A stretch of 47,651 nt of DNA from Pseudomonadota bacterium (GCA_031406045.1 JANOGO010000312.1:1-47651), one strand, 5' to 3'. Numbered from the stretch's first letter, positions 1 through 8,888 are shown. Made by a program: numbers and translations. The notes: a model not told the origin generated them from the letters alone.

Positions 1-6
1 AGCCAA

Positions 7-82
7 GCGGATCCACCGTGGCGAACATCGTTCGCCGATTTTTTTCGCCCATGGTGGATCCGCTGCGCTTGATCCACCCTAC
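7..82. repeat. REP-like palindromic element (GGTGGATCC type)
   Basis: 'gcggatccacc' (7-17) is mirrored by 'ggtggatccgc' (53-63) and followed by 'gatccaccctac' (71-82). An inner hairpin is 'ggcgaac atc gttcgcc'. Non-coding, at the window edge. Confidence 0.5.
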
Positions 83-105
83 CGTTGAAGGTCGGTTCAT
101 GGAAA

Positions 106-175
106 GCGTAGCGAAGCAATCTCGACTTTCATGGGCCGAGAAAAACGAGATTGCTTCGCTGCGCTCGCAATGACC
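106..175. repeat. Palindromic intergenic repeat, GCGAAGCAATCTCG family, copy 1
   Basis: 'gcgaagcaatctcg' (111-124) pairs with 'cgagattgcttcgc' (146-159). The tail 'ctcgcaatgacc' resembles 'ctcgcgatgac' in the second copy at 30124-30220. Confidence 0.55.
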
Positions 176-191
176 GCTTAAAAAAGACGCA

Positions 192-854
192 ATGAACGAA
201 CAACGCCTGCGCAAACGCATCATCGAAACCTGCTTAGCAATGAGCGCGAACGGCTTGAACAAGGGCACGGCGGGAAATTTGAGCGTACGGCATGGCGATG
301 GTTTTTTGATTACTCCTTCCGGTTTGCCATACGATGAAACTTACCCGGCCGACATCGTGTTCATGGATTTTTCCGGCGCGGCGGTTGGCAAACGCAAGCC
401 CTCGAGCGAGTGGCATTTTCATCGCGATATTCTCAAAGCGCGGCCCGAGGTGAATGTGGTGTTGCACGCCCACTCGCCGTTCGCAACGGCGCTGGCATGT
501 TTGCGCAAAGACATTCCGGCATTTCATTATATGATTGCCGTAACGGGCGCAAAGACGATTCGCTGTGCGCACTACGCGACCTTCGGCACGCAGGAATTAT
601 CGGAACACGCGGTCGGTGCGTTGCATGGTTCGAAGGCGTGCTTGCTCGCCAATCACGGCATGATCGTTTTGGCCGATGCCCTGAAAGGCGCTCTGCGATT
701 GGCTCTTGAGGTAGAAGGCCTGTGCGAGCAATACTGGCGGGCCTTGCAGGCCGGTGCCCCGGTGATTCTTGATGACGCGGAGATGGATCGTGTGTTGGAG
801 AAATTTAAAAGTTATGGTGCGAATGCGTTGTTGCAACCAAAAAGCGAAAGCTGA
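192..854 (+). CDS. Class II aldolase/adducin-family protein (fuculose-phosphate-aldolase-like)
   Basis: 220-aa ORF. 'GTAGNLSVR', 'LITPSG', 'SSEWHFH' and 'VLHAHSPFATAL' match the class II aldolase fold with its His metal ligands. Confidence 0.8.
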   Translation: MNEQRLRKRIIETCLAMSANGLNKGTAGNLSVRHGDGFLITPSGLPYDETYPADIVFMDFSGAAVGKRKPSSEWHFHRDILKARPEVNVVLHAHSPFATALACLRKDIPAFHYMIAVTGAKTIRCAHYATFGTQELSEHAVGALHGSKACLLANHGMIVLADALKGALRLALEVEGLCEQYWRALQAGAPVILDDAEMDRVLEKFKSYGANALLQPKSES

Positions 855-868
855 ATAGTCAAAGCGGT

Positions 869-920
869 ACCCTCACCGTGCGCCCTCACCCCACCGGGGA
901 GAGGGCGCAGGGTGAGGGGC
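869..920. repeat. GGGTGAGGG-type REP element, copy a
   Basis: 'gcgccctcacccc accgggga gagggcgcagggtgagggg' is a G/C-rich palindrome in the spacer after the aldolase gene. Its motifs recur at five other intergenic sites. Confidence 0.6.
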
Positions 921-994
921 CGCGTGAAATCGCAGCGATGTCGGGCATTCAAATACGACAATCCAAGTAAATTATTCTTAAAGAGGAGCAACCA

Positions 995-1318
995 ATGTCG
1001 TTTTTCGAATACCGACAATACCGCATCAAAGACGGCAAGCGCGATCGCTGGGTAAAATTTATGGAAGAGGAAATCATCCCGTTTCAAATTTCCAAAGGCA
1101 TGGTCATCGCCGGTAGCTGGGTTGACGAAAAAGAAGACGACCATTACATTTGGATGCGCCGCTTCGATAGCGAAGAGGAGCGCGTGCGCTTGTACAAATT
1201 GGTGTACGAAGATCCGCATTGGGCCAACGTGATCAAACCGCAGATCGATGAAATGCTTGATCGCTCGAAAATGATCGTCACGCGATTAGTCGCGACGCCG
1301 CATTCGGTTATACGTTAG
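995..1318 (+). CDS. NIPSNAP-family protein
   Basis: 107-aa ORF starting 'MSFFEYRQYRIKDGKRDRW', with a dimeric alpha-beta-barrel-like NIPSNAP pattern. RBS 'aagaggag' lies upstream. Confidence 0.6.
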   Translation: MSFFEYRQYRIKDGKRDRWVKFMEEEIIPFQISKGMVIAGSWVDEKEDDHYIWMRRFDSEEERVRLYKLVYEDPHWANVIKPQIDEMLDRSKMIVTRLVATPHSVIR

Positions 1319-1345
1319 CATTGCGAATCGCGGCCGCACGGAGAT

Positions 1346-1374
1346 TTGTGCGGCGCAGCATTTTCGCTTATAAT
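1346..1374 (+). promoter_or_regulatory. Candidate sigma70 promoter for the pnt operon
   Basis: TTGTGC (1346-1351), 17-nt spacer, TATAAT (1369-1374), about 55 nt upstream of the pntAA ATG. It is preceded by a 7-bp hairpin 'gccgcac...gtgcggc'. Pattern match only. Confidence 0.3.
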
Positions 1375-1427
1375 TTTTTGCTTCGCTTAATTAAAGCGAA
1401 CCTAATTCGTTTTTCAGGGGGTTTGAA

Positions 1428-2558
1428 ATGCCAGTCAAAATAGCCGTGCCGGCCGAGCGCCTGGCCGGTGAAACCCGTGTTGCCATGTCGCCGGAAGTCG
1501 CCAAGAAATTCAAAGCGCTCGGCGCTAATGTTTGCTTGGAATCCGGCGCGGGTACCAATAGTCACCATCCCGATTCGCAATTTGCCGATGCGTCATTCGC
1601 GAGTTCCGCCGATGACACCTATCGCGATGCGCAGATCGTTCTGCGCGTGCAACCGCCGAGCGCGGACGAAGCGAATCAGTTGCCGGCCAACGCCGTGCTG
1701 GTGAGTTATTTGTCGCCCGGCCGCAATGTCGAGTTGGCGAAGCAATTACGTGATCGCAATATCACCAGCATCGCGATGGAACTGATTCCGCGCATCACGC
1801 GCGCGCAAAGCATGGATTCGTTGTCCTCGCAGGCTTCCGTTTCCGGTTACCAAGCGGCGTTGATGGCGGCGCAATTGTCGCCGCGATTTTTCCCGATGTT
1901 GACCACTGCGGCGGGTACGATTCGCCCGGCGAAAGTATTGGTGATCGGCGCCGGTGTCGCGGGCTTGCAAGCGATCGCGACCGCGCGGCGCTTGGGCGCA
2001 ATGATCGATGCCTACGACGTGCGCGCGGCGGCAAAAGAGCAAGTGGAATCGCTTGGCGCAAAATTCGTGACCGCCGTCAGCGGCGCCGAAGGCTCGGGCG
2101 GCTACGCGCGCGAACTGACGGAAGAAGAGAAACAGCAGCAGCAAGAGATATTGGCGAAAGTGGTCGCGGCGGCCGACGCGGTGATTTGTACCGCGGCCAT
2201 TCCCGGACGCCCGGCGCCGAAAATCATCACGGCCGCGATGGTTGGGCGCATGAAACCCGGCGCGGTGATTGTCGATCTCGCTGCGGAAACCGGCGGCAAT
2301 TGCGAGCTGACCAAACCGGGCGAAACCATTCGCACCGGGAACGGCGTAATTATTCACGGGCCGCTCAACGTCCCGGCGACGATGCCGATTCACGCGTCGG
2401 AAATGTACGCAAAAAATCTATTGAATTTGCTTTCGCCGTTTATTAAGGATGGCAACTTCGCGCTCGATTTTGAAGACGACGTGATCAAAGGCTGTTTGTA
2501 TACGCACGCCGGAAAGATCGTTCACGAGGCAAGCCGTCAAGCGGTTGAAGGTAATTAA
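1428..2558 (+). CDS. pntAA: NAD(P) transhydrogenase subunit alpha part 1 (dI)
   Basis: 376 aa. Alanine-dehydrogenase/PNT-type N-terminus, the Rossmann motif 'VLVIGAGVAGLQAI', and 'RAQSMDSLSSQA'. Followed by the small alpha-2 and beta subunit genes. Confidence 0.93.
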   Translation: MPVKIAVPAERLAGETRVAMSPEVAKKFKALGANVCLESGAGTNSHHPDSQFADASFASSADDTYRDAQIVLRVQPPSADEANQLPANAVLVSYLSPGRNVELAKQLRDRNITSIAMELIPRITRAQSMDSLSSQASVSGYQAALMAAQLSPRFFPMLTTAAGTIRPAKVLVIGAGVAGLQAIATARRLGAMIDAYDVRAAAKEQVESLGAKFVTAVSGAEGSGGYARELTEEEKQQQQEILAKVVAAADAVICTAAIPGRPAPKIITAAMVGRMKPGAVIVDLAAETGGNCELTKPGETIRTGNGVIIHGPLNVPATMPIHASEMYAKNLLNLLSPFIKDGNFALDFEDDVIKGCLYTHAGKIVHEASRQAVEGN

Positions 2559-2610
2559 ATTTTTGATTGTCACTCCCGCGAAAGTGGGAATGACCGGAGA
2601 GGAAACAAAA

Positions 2611-2907
2611 ATGATCGAAGGTTTCACAGCACTTTATATTTTCATGCTCGCCGCGTTCACCGGCTACGAAGTCATCTCGCGTGTGCCGGTGATTTTGCAC
2701 ACGCCGCTGATGTCCGGCTCGAACTTTATTCACGGCATCGTGCTGGTCGGCGCGATGGTCGCGCTGGGTCGCGCCAATTCCGGTTTGGAACAAGCTATCG
2801 GCTTCTTCGGCGTGGCGCTCGCGGCGATGAACGCCGTCGGCGGTTACGTCGTCACGGAACGCATGCTCGGCATGTTCACCAAGAGTGGCAAAGGGAGCGC
2901 GAAATGA
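2611..2907 (+). CDS. pntAB: NAD(P) transhydrogenase subunit alpha part 2 (membrane dII-alpha)
   Basis: Start chosen at the internal ATG 2611 behind RBS 'ggagagg'. ~98-aa hydrophobic protein ('HTPLMSGSNFIHGIVLVGA'). Its 4-nt overlap with pntB suggests translational coupling. Confidence 0.85.
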   Translation: MIEGFTALYIFMLAAFTGYEVISRVPVILHTPLMSGSNFIHGIVLVGAMVALGRANSGLEQAIGFFGVALAAMNAVGGYVVTERMLGMFTKSGKGSAK

Positions 2908-4289
2908 GTTGGTTCGTTAACGCTAGTTATTTCGTCGCGGCGGTGTTGTTCATCCTCGGCTTGAAGGGAATGAGCTCGCCGCTATCGGCGCAGAAGGGCA
3001 TTATTTGGGCCGGTGTCGGCATGCTGCTCGCGACCTTGGTGACCTTCGTCCATCCGGAAATTCACGGCGCCAGCAATTACATTTTGATGATTATCGCGAT
3101 CGCCATCGGCGGCGGCATCGCCTGGGTGTCAGGCAAGCGCGTGGCGATGACCGACATGCCGCAAATGATCGCGATTTATAACGGCATGGGTGGCGGCGCG
3201 GCGGCGGCGATCGCGGCGGTGGAATTAGTGCGGATCGGCGGCACGCCGGTAGGCGAGCATCACTCGGCTATCACGATTACGTTAGCCGTGGTCGGCGCGC
3301 TGATCGGCGCCGTATCGTTCTCCGGCAGCGCGATCGCGTTCGCGAAACTGCAAGGTTGGATGAATAAGACTTATCAATTACCGATGCACCAAATCGTCAG
3401 CATCGGCAGCTTGGTTGCGGCCGTTATTCTGGGCATCGTCATCATCCTGAATCCGCATACCAGCGGCTTTGTAATCTTTTTATTCTTCGCGATCGCGCTG
3501 ATCTACGGCGTGTTGATGACCATTCCGATCGGTGGCGCCGACATGCCGGTGGTCATTTCATTGTTCAACGCGTTGACCGGTTTGGCCGTCGCGTTTGAAG
3601 GCTTCGTATTGCAAAACGCGGCGATGATTATCGCCGGCACCGTGGTCGGCGCGGCAGGAACGCTGCTGACGCAATTGATGGCGAAAGCGATGAACCGACC
3701 GATCAGCAAATTGCTTGCGCCGGGACCAGTGGTGGAATCGACCGGCGAAGTGCAAGGTACGCAAAAAGCCATCGAAGCGCAAGATGCGGCGATTCAAATG
3801 GCCTACGCCGCGAAGGTCGTGATCGTGCCGGGCTATGGCATGGCCGTCGCACAAGCACAGCATAAAGTGTGGGAAATGACACAGTTGCTGGAGCAAAAAG
3901 GCATCCAAGTGAAGTTCGCGATCCACCCCGTCGCGGGGCGCATGCCGGGCCACATGAACGTGCTGCTCGCCGAAGCCGGCGTGCCCTACGACAAAATTTT
4001 TGACCTGGATGAAATCAACGCCGAATTTCCGACCACCGATGTCGCGCTGATCATCGGTGCGAATGACGTGGTTAATCCGGTCGCGAGAACCGATCCCGGC
4101 TCACCGATTTACGGCATGCCGATTCTGAATGTCGATTACGCGAAAAACGTCATCGTCATCAAGCGCGGCAAGGGTGCGGGCTTCTCGGGCATCGAAAACG
4201 CGCTGTTCTATATGGAGAATACGCGAATGTATTACGGCGGCGCGCAGGAAGCGGTGAACCATTTGATCCAACAGCTTAAACAATTGTAA
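2904..4289 (+). CDS. pntB: NAD(P) transhydrogenase subunit beta
   Basis: 461 aa. Polytopic N-terminal half plus the dIII NADP(H) domain ('VPGYGMAVAQAQH', 'HPVAGRMPGHMNVLLAEA', 'GANDVVNP'). Confidence 0.95.
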   Translation: MSWFVNASYFVAAVLFILGLKGMSSPLSAQKGIIWAGVGMLLATLVTFVHPEIHGASNYILMIIAIAIGGGIAWVSGKRVAMTDMPQMIAIYNGMGGGAAAAIAAVELVRIGGTPVGEHHSAITITLAVVGALIGAVSFSGSAIAFAKLQGWMNKTYQLPMHQIVSIGSLVAAVILGIVIILNPHTSGFVIFLFFAIALIYGVLMTIPIGGADMPVVISLFNALTGLAVAFEGFVLQNAAMIIAGTVVGAAGTLLTQLMAKAMNRPISKLLAPGPVVESTGEVQGTQKAIEAQDAAIQMAYAAKVVIVPGYGMAVAQAQHKVWEMTQLLEQKGIQVKFAIHPVAGRMPGHMNVLLAEAGVPYDKIFDLDEINAEFPTTDVALIIGANDVVNPVARTDPGSPIYGMPILNVDYAKNVIVIKRGKGAGFSGIENALFYMENTRMYYGGAQEAVNHLIQQLKQL

Positions 4290-4296
4290 GTACTAG

Positions 4297-4373
4297 GGCC
4301 AGGAGGCCCGCCGCTATTGCCTCCTGGCCGCGCATGCTTGAAGAAGCGCATGAATAATCACTCTCAGGCCAGC
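4297..4373. repeat. Quasi-palindromic repeat, GAAGARGCGCATGRATA family, copy A
   Basis: Hairpin 'ggccaggagg...cctcctggcc' (4297-4329) followed by the core 'gaagaagcgcatgaata' (4340-4356). Related copies lie at 32401-32470, 43875-43956 and 47605-end. Confidence 0.55.
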
Positions 4374-4508
4374 AACAGGATAGTTTCATTTCTCATGAAA
4401 TTACGTAGCGAAATTTACGGATTTTCGCATTGCCCGGAAACGTCCTCGGGCGCAGAATTCACTCCGTAGCAACGAATTTCTACCTCCCAACTTTTAAGGA
4501 TGATGACC

Positions 4509-4580
4509 ATGTGGACCAAACCTGAATTTGCTGACCTGCGTTTCGGCTTTGAAGTAACGATGTATGTTGCCAATCGCTAA
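4509..4580 (+). CDS. pqqA: Pyrroloquinoline-quinone precursor peptide PqqA (absent from the ORF track)
   Basis: 'atg tgg acc aaa cct gaa ttt gct gac ctg cgt ttc ggc ttt gaa gta acg atg tat gtt gcc aat cgc taa' translates to [23 protein letters not shown]. It has the conserved E-x-x-x-Y cross-link pair (EVTMY) and the MW.KP...DLR.G.EVT.Y..NR pattern. RBS 'aagga' lies upstream and a strong terminator downstream. An in-frame ATG at 4503 is an alternative start. Confidence 0.9.
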   Translation: MWTKPEFADLRFGFEVTMYVANR

Positions 4581-4601
4581 GCGATAGCAACAAGCAAAAC
4601 G

Positions 4602-4628
4602 AAAAGGGCGCCTAGGCGCCCTTTTTTA
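4602..4628. terminator. Bidirectional rho-independent terminator
   Basis: 'aaaagggcgcc ta ggcgccctttttt' is a perfect 9-bp GC stem with an A-run on one side and a T-run on the other. It sits between the convergent pqqA (+) and lipoprotein gene (-). Confidence 0.85.
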
Positions 4629-4665
4629 TTTCTATTAAAGAACGTGAACGCGAGAACGCTCATTT

Positions 4666-4932
4666 TTAAGTTTCGTTCGGCGCTTTAGCCGGCAGCAATT
4701 TGCCGGACGTCCCGACGCTAATCGAAGCGCCGCCGGCGCCGATACCGATCGAACCGCCAAAGCGGCCATCGGAATTCAGGTTCACACCCACACTACCAAA
4801 CGGACCGATCGGAAGACTAATGCCAATGCCGCCGCCATGCGCGCAGCCGAACATCGCTAACCAAACACCCGCCAGCACGGCCCATTTTGCCAACTCCCAC
4901 CCGCGAGAGGTTGCTACAACCATTCGTTTCAC
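4666..4932 (-). CDS. Small glycine-rich lipoprotein (hypothetical)
   Basis: 88 aa. Signal peptide with lipobox 'LAMFGC', followed by Gly-rich repeats 'GGGIGISLPIGPFGSVGVNL...GGSIGIGAGGASISVG'. Confidence 0.55.
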   Translation of the reverse strand: MKRMVVATSRGWELAKWAVLAGVWLAMFGCAHGGGIGISLPIGPFGSVGVNLNSDGRFGGSIGIGAGGASISVGTSGKLLPAKAPNET

Positions 4933-5029
4933 GTTGCTGCCTCTTGCTTAATGATGGGAGCGGCGAAGTCTAACGAATTTGATGGTGCGGGATTGTAAAC
5001 GAATGTTACAAGTTCGAAAAAATGCTGAT

Positions 5030-6289
5030 CTACTTGCGATCGGCCACGACTTGTTCCAACAACGCGGCCAGTTCTTTAGTGCGCGAACGGCGCGAATGCC
5101 GATTCGCGATTTCCGCTCGAACGCCTTTGCCACTGCCATCGCGCAGCTTATCCAAAAAGCGCCGCAGCCCGGCGGCGATATCGTTTGCATCGGTGATGTT
5201 GACGATGTCCGTAACCTCGGCCGTGCGCAGCGAACTCGCGGTGTTGCCGATCGGATCGGTCAGCGTAAAAATCGGGCGGCCGGCGCGCAGGTATTCGTAC
5301 AGTTTCGCCGGGATTTGATGGTTGCACATGCTCGCTTGAAACAACAGCAAACCATCGGCAACCAACATCTCGCGCAACGCGTCACGGTAGTTGACGGTCG
5401 GCGCCAGTTTAACGATGTCCGTTAAACCCGATTCTTCCAACATCGGCCGATAGTGATGGTCGCTTCCGGTCGCGCGCAGCACCACTTGTAAGCGTTCTGC
5501 AGAAATATCACCGCGTTCTTTGAGCGCCTTCAATGCCGCGAAGAATGGCTTGGGATCTCGTTCTTGTGGATACAAAATACCGCTGTGGATCAGTGTAAGT
5601 TGGCCGGGCTGGCCTAAGGGTTTCGGATCGAAGCCCGCTTCGGCATCACGAAAATTTTCGTCATCAAAACCATTCTCGATGACCGACCAGTTGGAACTTG
5701 GTTTTTCCGGGTAGCGTTCGGCGTACATCTCCAGCGTACCTTGCGTAGTAAATACGGCGCGGGCGCAGCGATGAATAATCGCAGCTTCCAAACGCCGATG
5801 AATTTTCCAGGTCAGCGGATCGCGCGGGTAGCCGGGCTCCGTCATGGAATCGCGAAAATCTGCCAGCCACGGCAAGCCGCTAAGGCGCTGCAGACACAGC
5901 CCGATCAGATGCGCAGTCGCAATCGGATAAGTCGACATAATCGCCGCCGGGCGATGCTTGCGAATCATCGCCATGCCGCGCCACACCGCTCCCGGCAACC
6001 AACTCACCCAACGATCCGGCTGCGCCAGCCATCCCGGATAACGTTTGCCGATCGCTAAATGCCGCGAGGTATCCAAACCAAAAGCACGTTCGACCACCAT
6101 GCCTTCGGGAATCTCGGCCATCTGGTCATCGCTCGTTTGCTCGTACGCGCGCGGCGAAATCGTTAGAACCATCGGCTCCCAGCCATTTTCGCGAAGATAA
6201 GCTGAAAATTTCAGCGTGCGTTGAATGCCGCTACTGACCTTGACCGGCGGGTAGTGGTAAGCGATGAGCAGCACGCGACGATTGATCAT
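5030..6289 (-). CDS. Glycosyltransferase (GT-B/GT4-like), EPS-locus type
   Basis: 419 aa. The N-terminus 'RVLLIAYHYPPVKVSSGIQRTLKFSAYLRENGWEPMVLT' is typical of EPS sugar transferases, with a C-terminal Rossmann half. Last gene of the minus-strand locus. Confidence 0.6.
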   Translation of the reverse strand: MINRRVLLIAYHYPPVKVSSGIQRTLKFSAYLRENGWEPMVLTISPRAYEQTSDDQMAEIPEGMVVERAFGLDTSRHLAIGKRYPGWLAQPDRWVSWLPGAVWRGMAMIRKHRPAAIMSTYPIATAHLIGLCLQRLSGLPWLADFRDSMTEPGYPRDPLTWKIHRRLEAAIIHRCARAVFTTQGTLEMYAERYPEKPSSNWSVIENGFDDENFRDAEAGFDPKPLGQPGQLTLIHSGILYPQERDPKPFFAALKALKERGDISAERLQVVLRATGSDHHYRPMLEESGLTDIVKLAPTVNYRDALREMLVADGLLLFQASMCNHQIPAKLYEYLRAGRPIFTLTDPIGNTASSLRTAEVTDIVNITDANDIAAGLRRFLDKLRDGSGKGVRAEIANRHSRRSRTKELAALLEQVVADRK

Positions 6290-6302
6290 TGTTGTAAGCG
6301 CC

Positions 6303-7151
6303 TCAAAGATCGAGCGCCATGGTTTCGGAATAAAGATAGTCGATGTCGCTATCGGTCAACGTCGTACTCAGATAGACCTTCGCGTTAAAGCCGCTACGTA
6401 TTTTGGACGGCCACGGTTGCCGCGAAAGGAATCGGCACTCGACATGCGTGCTCGCGATGCCGCGCAAAATAAAATGCCGGGCCAAGCGCTGATTGTGTTG
6501 CTCGAAAATCGCCGGATCGCTCAAGTAATAAACATGCGCCGAGGAAAGCCCTTTGAAGCGCGCTAATTTGTAAATGATGTGGCACCATTTATCGTTCGCA
6601 CCAATCAGCACATGATGTAGCCACGGGAAAACCGCATGGTCGCGATAAACTTTTAACGCGTCGCCCTTAAGCGCTCGCTCAATATCATTGGGCTGAGATA
6701 ACAGTTTTGAAGCAAGTGCTGGCCACGGTAAATTAATCATGACGGCTTGACGCTCATCCAGCGGCTTGAACTTCAAAAACTGCAACACGCCACCGACAAC
6801 CTTAGTCGGCGAAAAATCGGTGAAATGAAAACCCTTTTGCCCAATCACCGCCATCGCCAGGCGCATACTTTGCTTGCGATACGCATCGAGCACGCACCAA
6901 CTGGTGATGTTGCAGGTGCGCTGCGGCTGGCCGTTTATGCTTCGCTCGGCATAATAGGCGCCGATTCCGCCGACAATTTTTCCGTCGTCGCGCAACACAA
7001 AGCCGTGATTGGGCGGCGCCATGCCCCAACTCTTTTGCAATCCTTCAACCCACGCGTGCGGCGAACGAGCGTTAGTCAAATTCGCGTGCAGAAACGCCGC
7101 GAATTCGGGCAGTGTTTCGCTGGTAATCGGCTCAATGATGGGTTGCGCCAT
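6303..7151 (-). CDS. GNAT-like acyltransferase (tentative)
   Basis: 282 aa. 'GFVLRDDGKIVGGIGAYYAE...ITSWCVLDAYRKQSMRLAMAVI' resembles a GNAT core (beta4-alpha3). The C-terminal half is unassigned. Confidence 0.4.
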   Translation of the reverse strand: MAQPIIEPITSETLPEFAAFLHANLTNARSPHAWVEGLQKSWGMAPPNHGFVLRDDGKIVGGIGAYYAERSINGQPQRTCNITSWCVLDAYRKQSMRLAMAVIGQKGFHFTDFSPTKVVGGVLQFLKFKPLDERQAVMINLPWPALASKLLSQPNDIERALKGDALKVYRDHAVFPWLHHVLIGANDKWCHIIYKLARFKGLSSAHVYYLSDPAIFEQHNQRLARHFILRGIASTHVECRFLSRQPWPSKIRSGFNAKVYLSTTLTDSDIDYLYSETMALDL

Positions 7152-7173
7152 ACCTAAGCCTCACCAAACGAAA

Positions 7174-8073
7174 TTACCATTGCCGCAACCACTGCAAACC
7201 CCAATTCACCACTTGATCGCGTTCCCCTGCGGACGAAAACGTATGGTCAGAATCGGTGAAATCATGGCGCGTCACCGATTTAATCTTGAGTTGTTGTTGC
7301 CAACCCGGCGATCCGCGTACCCATTCGTCGAATTCGCGTGCGATCAAATCGCGGCCGCTCATGACCAACATGATCGGCCCGTCAAAGCGCGTCAGCCCCG
7401 CGAGCATGCGATCGGGCAGCGCCAGATCGCGCGGCAATTCGCTCGCGAAAGAATCAACTTTGAGTTCTTTGCCCGATGACGATTGCGCTCGCGACTGGCC
7501 GATCAACTTTAGCGCCGATCCCAGTGACTTAAAAGGATTGAAGTGGCCGCTGAAAATTTTCTTCCAGAAACTCGGTTCCATGAAACGCTTGAGATAATAA
7601 TGACGCAAAATCGCTTTTGCTTGGCCCTCGGCCGTGCGCACCCATGGATTGAGCAGTACTAAGCCTTTCACCCGCGTGTCGCGATAGGCGTAAAACAAAA
7701 TCGCGGAAGCGGCATTGCACTCTCCCCACAACACGATCTCGTCCAATTCAGGCACTTCAGATTTAAAGCGTTCCATCGCCGCGCGGATGTCATCGTCGAC
7801 GACGTCGAAATCATGGAATTCACCATGGCTGTCACCCCAACCGCGGTAGTCGAAGCGGAATACTGGGTAGCCTTCCTCGGCCATACGCCGCGCCCACAAA
7901 ACCAATTGGCGATGACCGCCGACACGATACTGCGGCCCTCCTGCGACGGCGATTAAAATGCCGCGCTTAGCTTTCATTGCAGGGCGATGCAGAATGCCGA
8001 CGAGCGGATCGCCATTGCATTCGAAACGAATCGCCGACTCGTTCACGCGTTCGCCCACGTTTGTTTTGCCCAT
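7174..8073 (-). CDS. Alpha/beta hydrolase, exosortase-A-system-associated hydrolase 1 type
   Basis: 299 aa. 'GILIAVAGGPQYRVGGHRQ', 'FRFDYRGWGDS' and the elbow 'LWGECNAASA' resemble the TIGR03100-type family as I remember it. Immediately downstream of, and overlapping by 31 nt, the hydrolase-2-type gene. Confidence 0.65.
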   Translation of the reverse strand: MGKTNVGERVNESAIRFECNGDPLVGILHRPAMKAKRGILIAVAGGPQYRVGGHRQLVLWARRMAEEGYPVFRFDYRGWGDSHGEFHDFDVVDDDIRAAMERFKSEVPELDEIVLWGECNAASAILFYAYRDTRVKGLVLLNPWVRTAEGQAKAILRHYYLKRFMEPSFWKKIFSGHFNPFKSLGSALKLIGQSRAQSSSGKELKVDSFASELPRDLALPDRMLAGLTRFDGPIMLVMSGRDLIAREFDEWVRGSPGWQQQLKIKSVTRHDFTDSDHTFSSAGERDQVVNWGLQWLRQW

Positions 8074-8888
8074 GCCGTCGTCGCATCAATCGCGCTGGTA
8101 GAAATTGCGCGTTCCGCAACCTGCCAAAAATTCGGGCCCTCGAAAAATTTCACGTCGATTTTCGCGCCATTGGTGCGCCAGGCATTGATCACTTTTTGGC
8201 TGGCCGGGGCCGCCTCGGTTGCAGCCTGTGCCGCTTGTTCAAGCCACAGCGCCGGTGTGTTCGGCGGGGGGGCAAACGCATCCAATCGCGCCGCATCAAG
8301 CGCTGCCGCGAATTCCGGATGAATTTCGTAACCCGATACTTCTAAGGGTTTGCCCGCGGCCAATTGTTCACGCATGGAATGGGTTGTTTCCTTCGGCAAA
8401 TGCGGCTTTTCCATTTGTGCGGCGATGCGCATGCGCAAAAATTGTGTGAAGTGTTGTTTGCCATCGACCACCGGCTGCCATGCAATGAAAGCGGTATGAG
8501 TTAATGCGCTTGATTTCAGTGCTTCTGCCGCCAGAATGGCGCCTAGGCGAATTCCCCAAACACCGATACAACCGCCGGGCTGACCATTGAGCCATGCGAT
8601 CCCGGCGCGGATATTATCCAGCCAAATCGCCCAGCGCGCGTCGACATAGTTGCCGCCGCTGTCGCCGGTGCCGTGTAAATCAAGCAGCAACGTACCAATG
8701 CCCAACTGCGCGAACGCTTGTGCCTGTAGCGCAACCATGCTGCGACAGCGATTCATCTCTTCGTTAAATGGCGGCACACAGAGAACGTGACCGCGAACCG
8801 GGGTGCCATCGATAGGCCGATGATGAACAGCGAAAAGCCTTCCATTGGGCACATCGAGAAAAAAAGTATCAAGCGTAGCCACAGGCAT
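8043..8888 (-). CDS. Alpha/beta-fold protein, exosortase-A-system-associated hydrolase 2 type
   Basis: 281 aa. 'VLCVPPFNEEMNRCR', 'LLLDLHGTGDSGG' and the elbow 'VWGIRLGAILA'. Its pairing with the hydrolase-1-type gene is the hallmark of this family pair (TIGR03101-type, from memory). Confidence 0.6.
   Translation of the reverse strand: MPVATLDTFFLDVPNGRLFAVHHRPIDGTPVRGHVLCVPPFNEEMNRCRSMVALQAQAFAQLGIGTLLLDLHGTGDSGGNYVDARWAIWLDNIRAGIAWLNGQPGGCIGVWGIRLGAILAAEALKSSALTHTAFIAWQPVVDGKQHFTQFLRMRIAAQMEKPHLPKETTHSMREQLAAGKPLEVSGYEIHPEFAAALDAARLDAFAPPPNTPALWLEQAAQAATEAAPASQKVINAWRTNGAKIDVKFFEGPNFWQVAERAISTSAIDATTAWAKQTWANA

Noticed and set aside
1746-2393. 215-aa minus-strand ORF, plus 1795-2061 and 2102-2335.
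   Set aside because: Antisense to pntAA. Arg-rich nonsense translation with no motifs.
8043-8073. The 31-nt overlap of the two hydrolase genes as evidence of a frameshifted fusion.
   Set aside because: The reading frames differ, and both proteins have complete, independent alpha/beta-fold N- and C-termini. An overlap of this size is compatible with translational coupling or a slightly later start.
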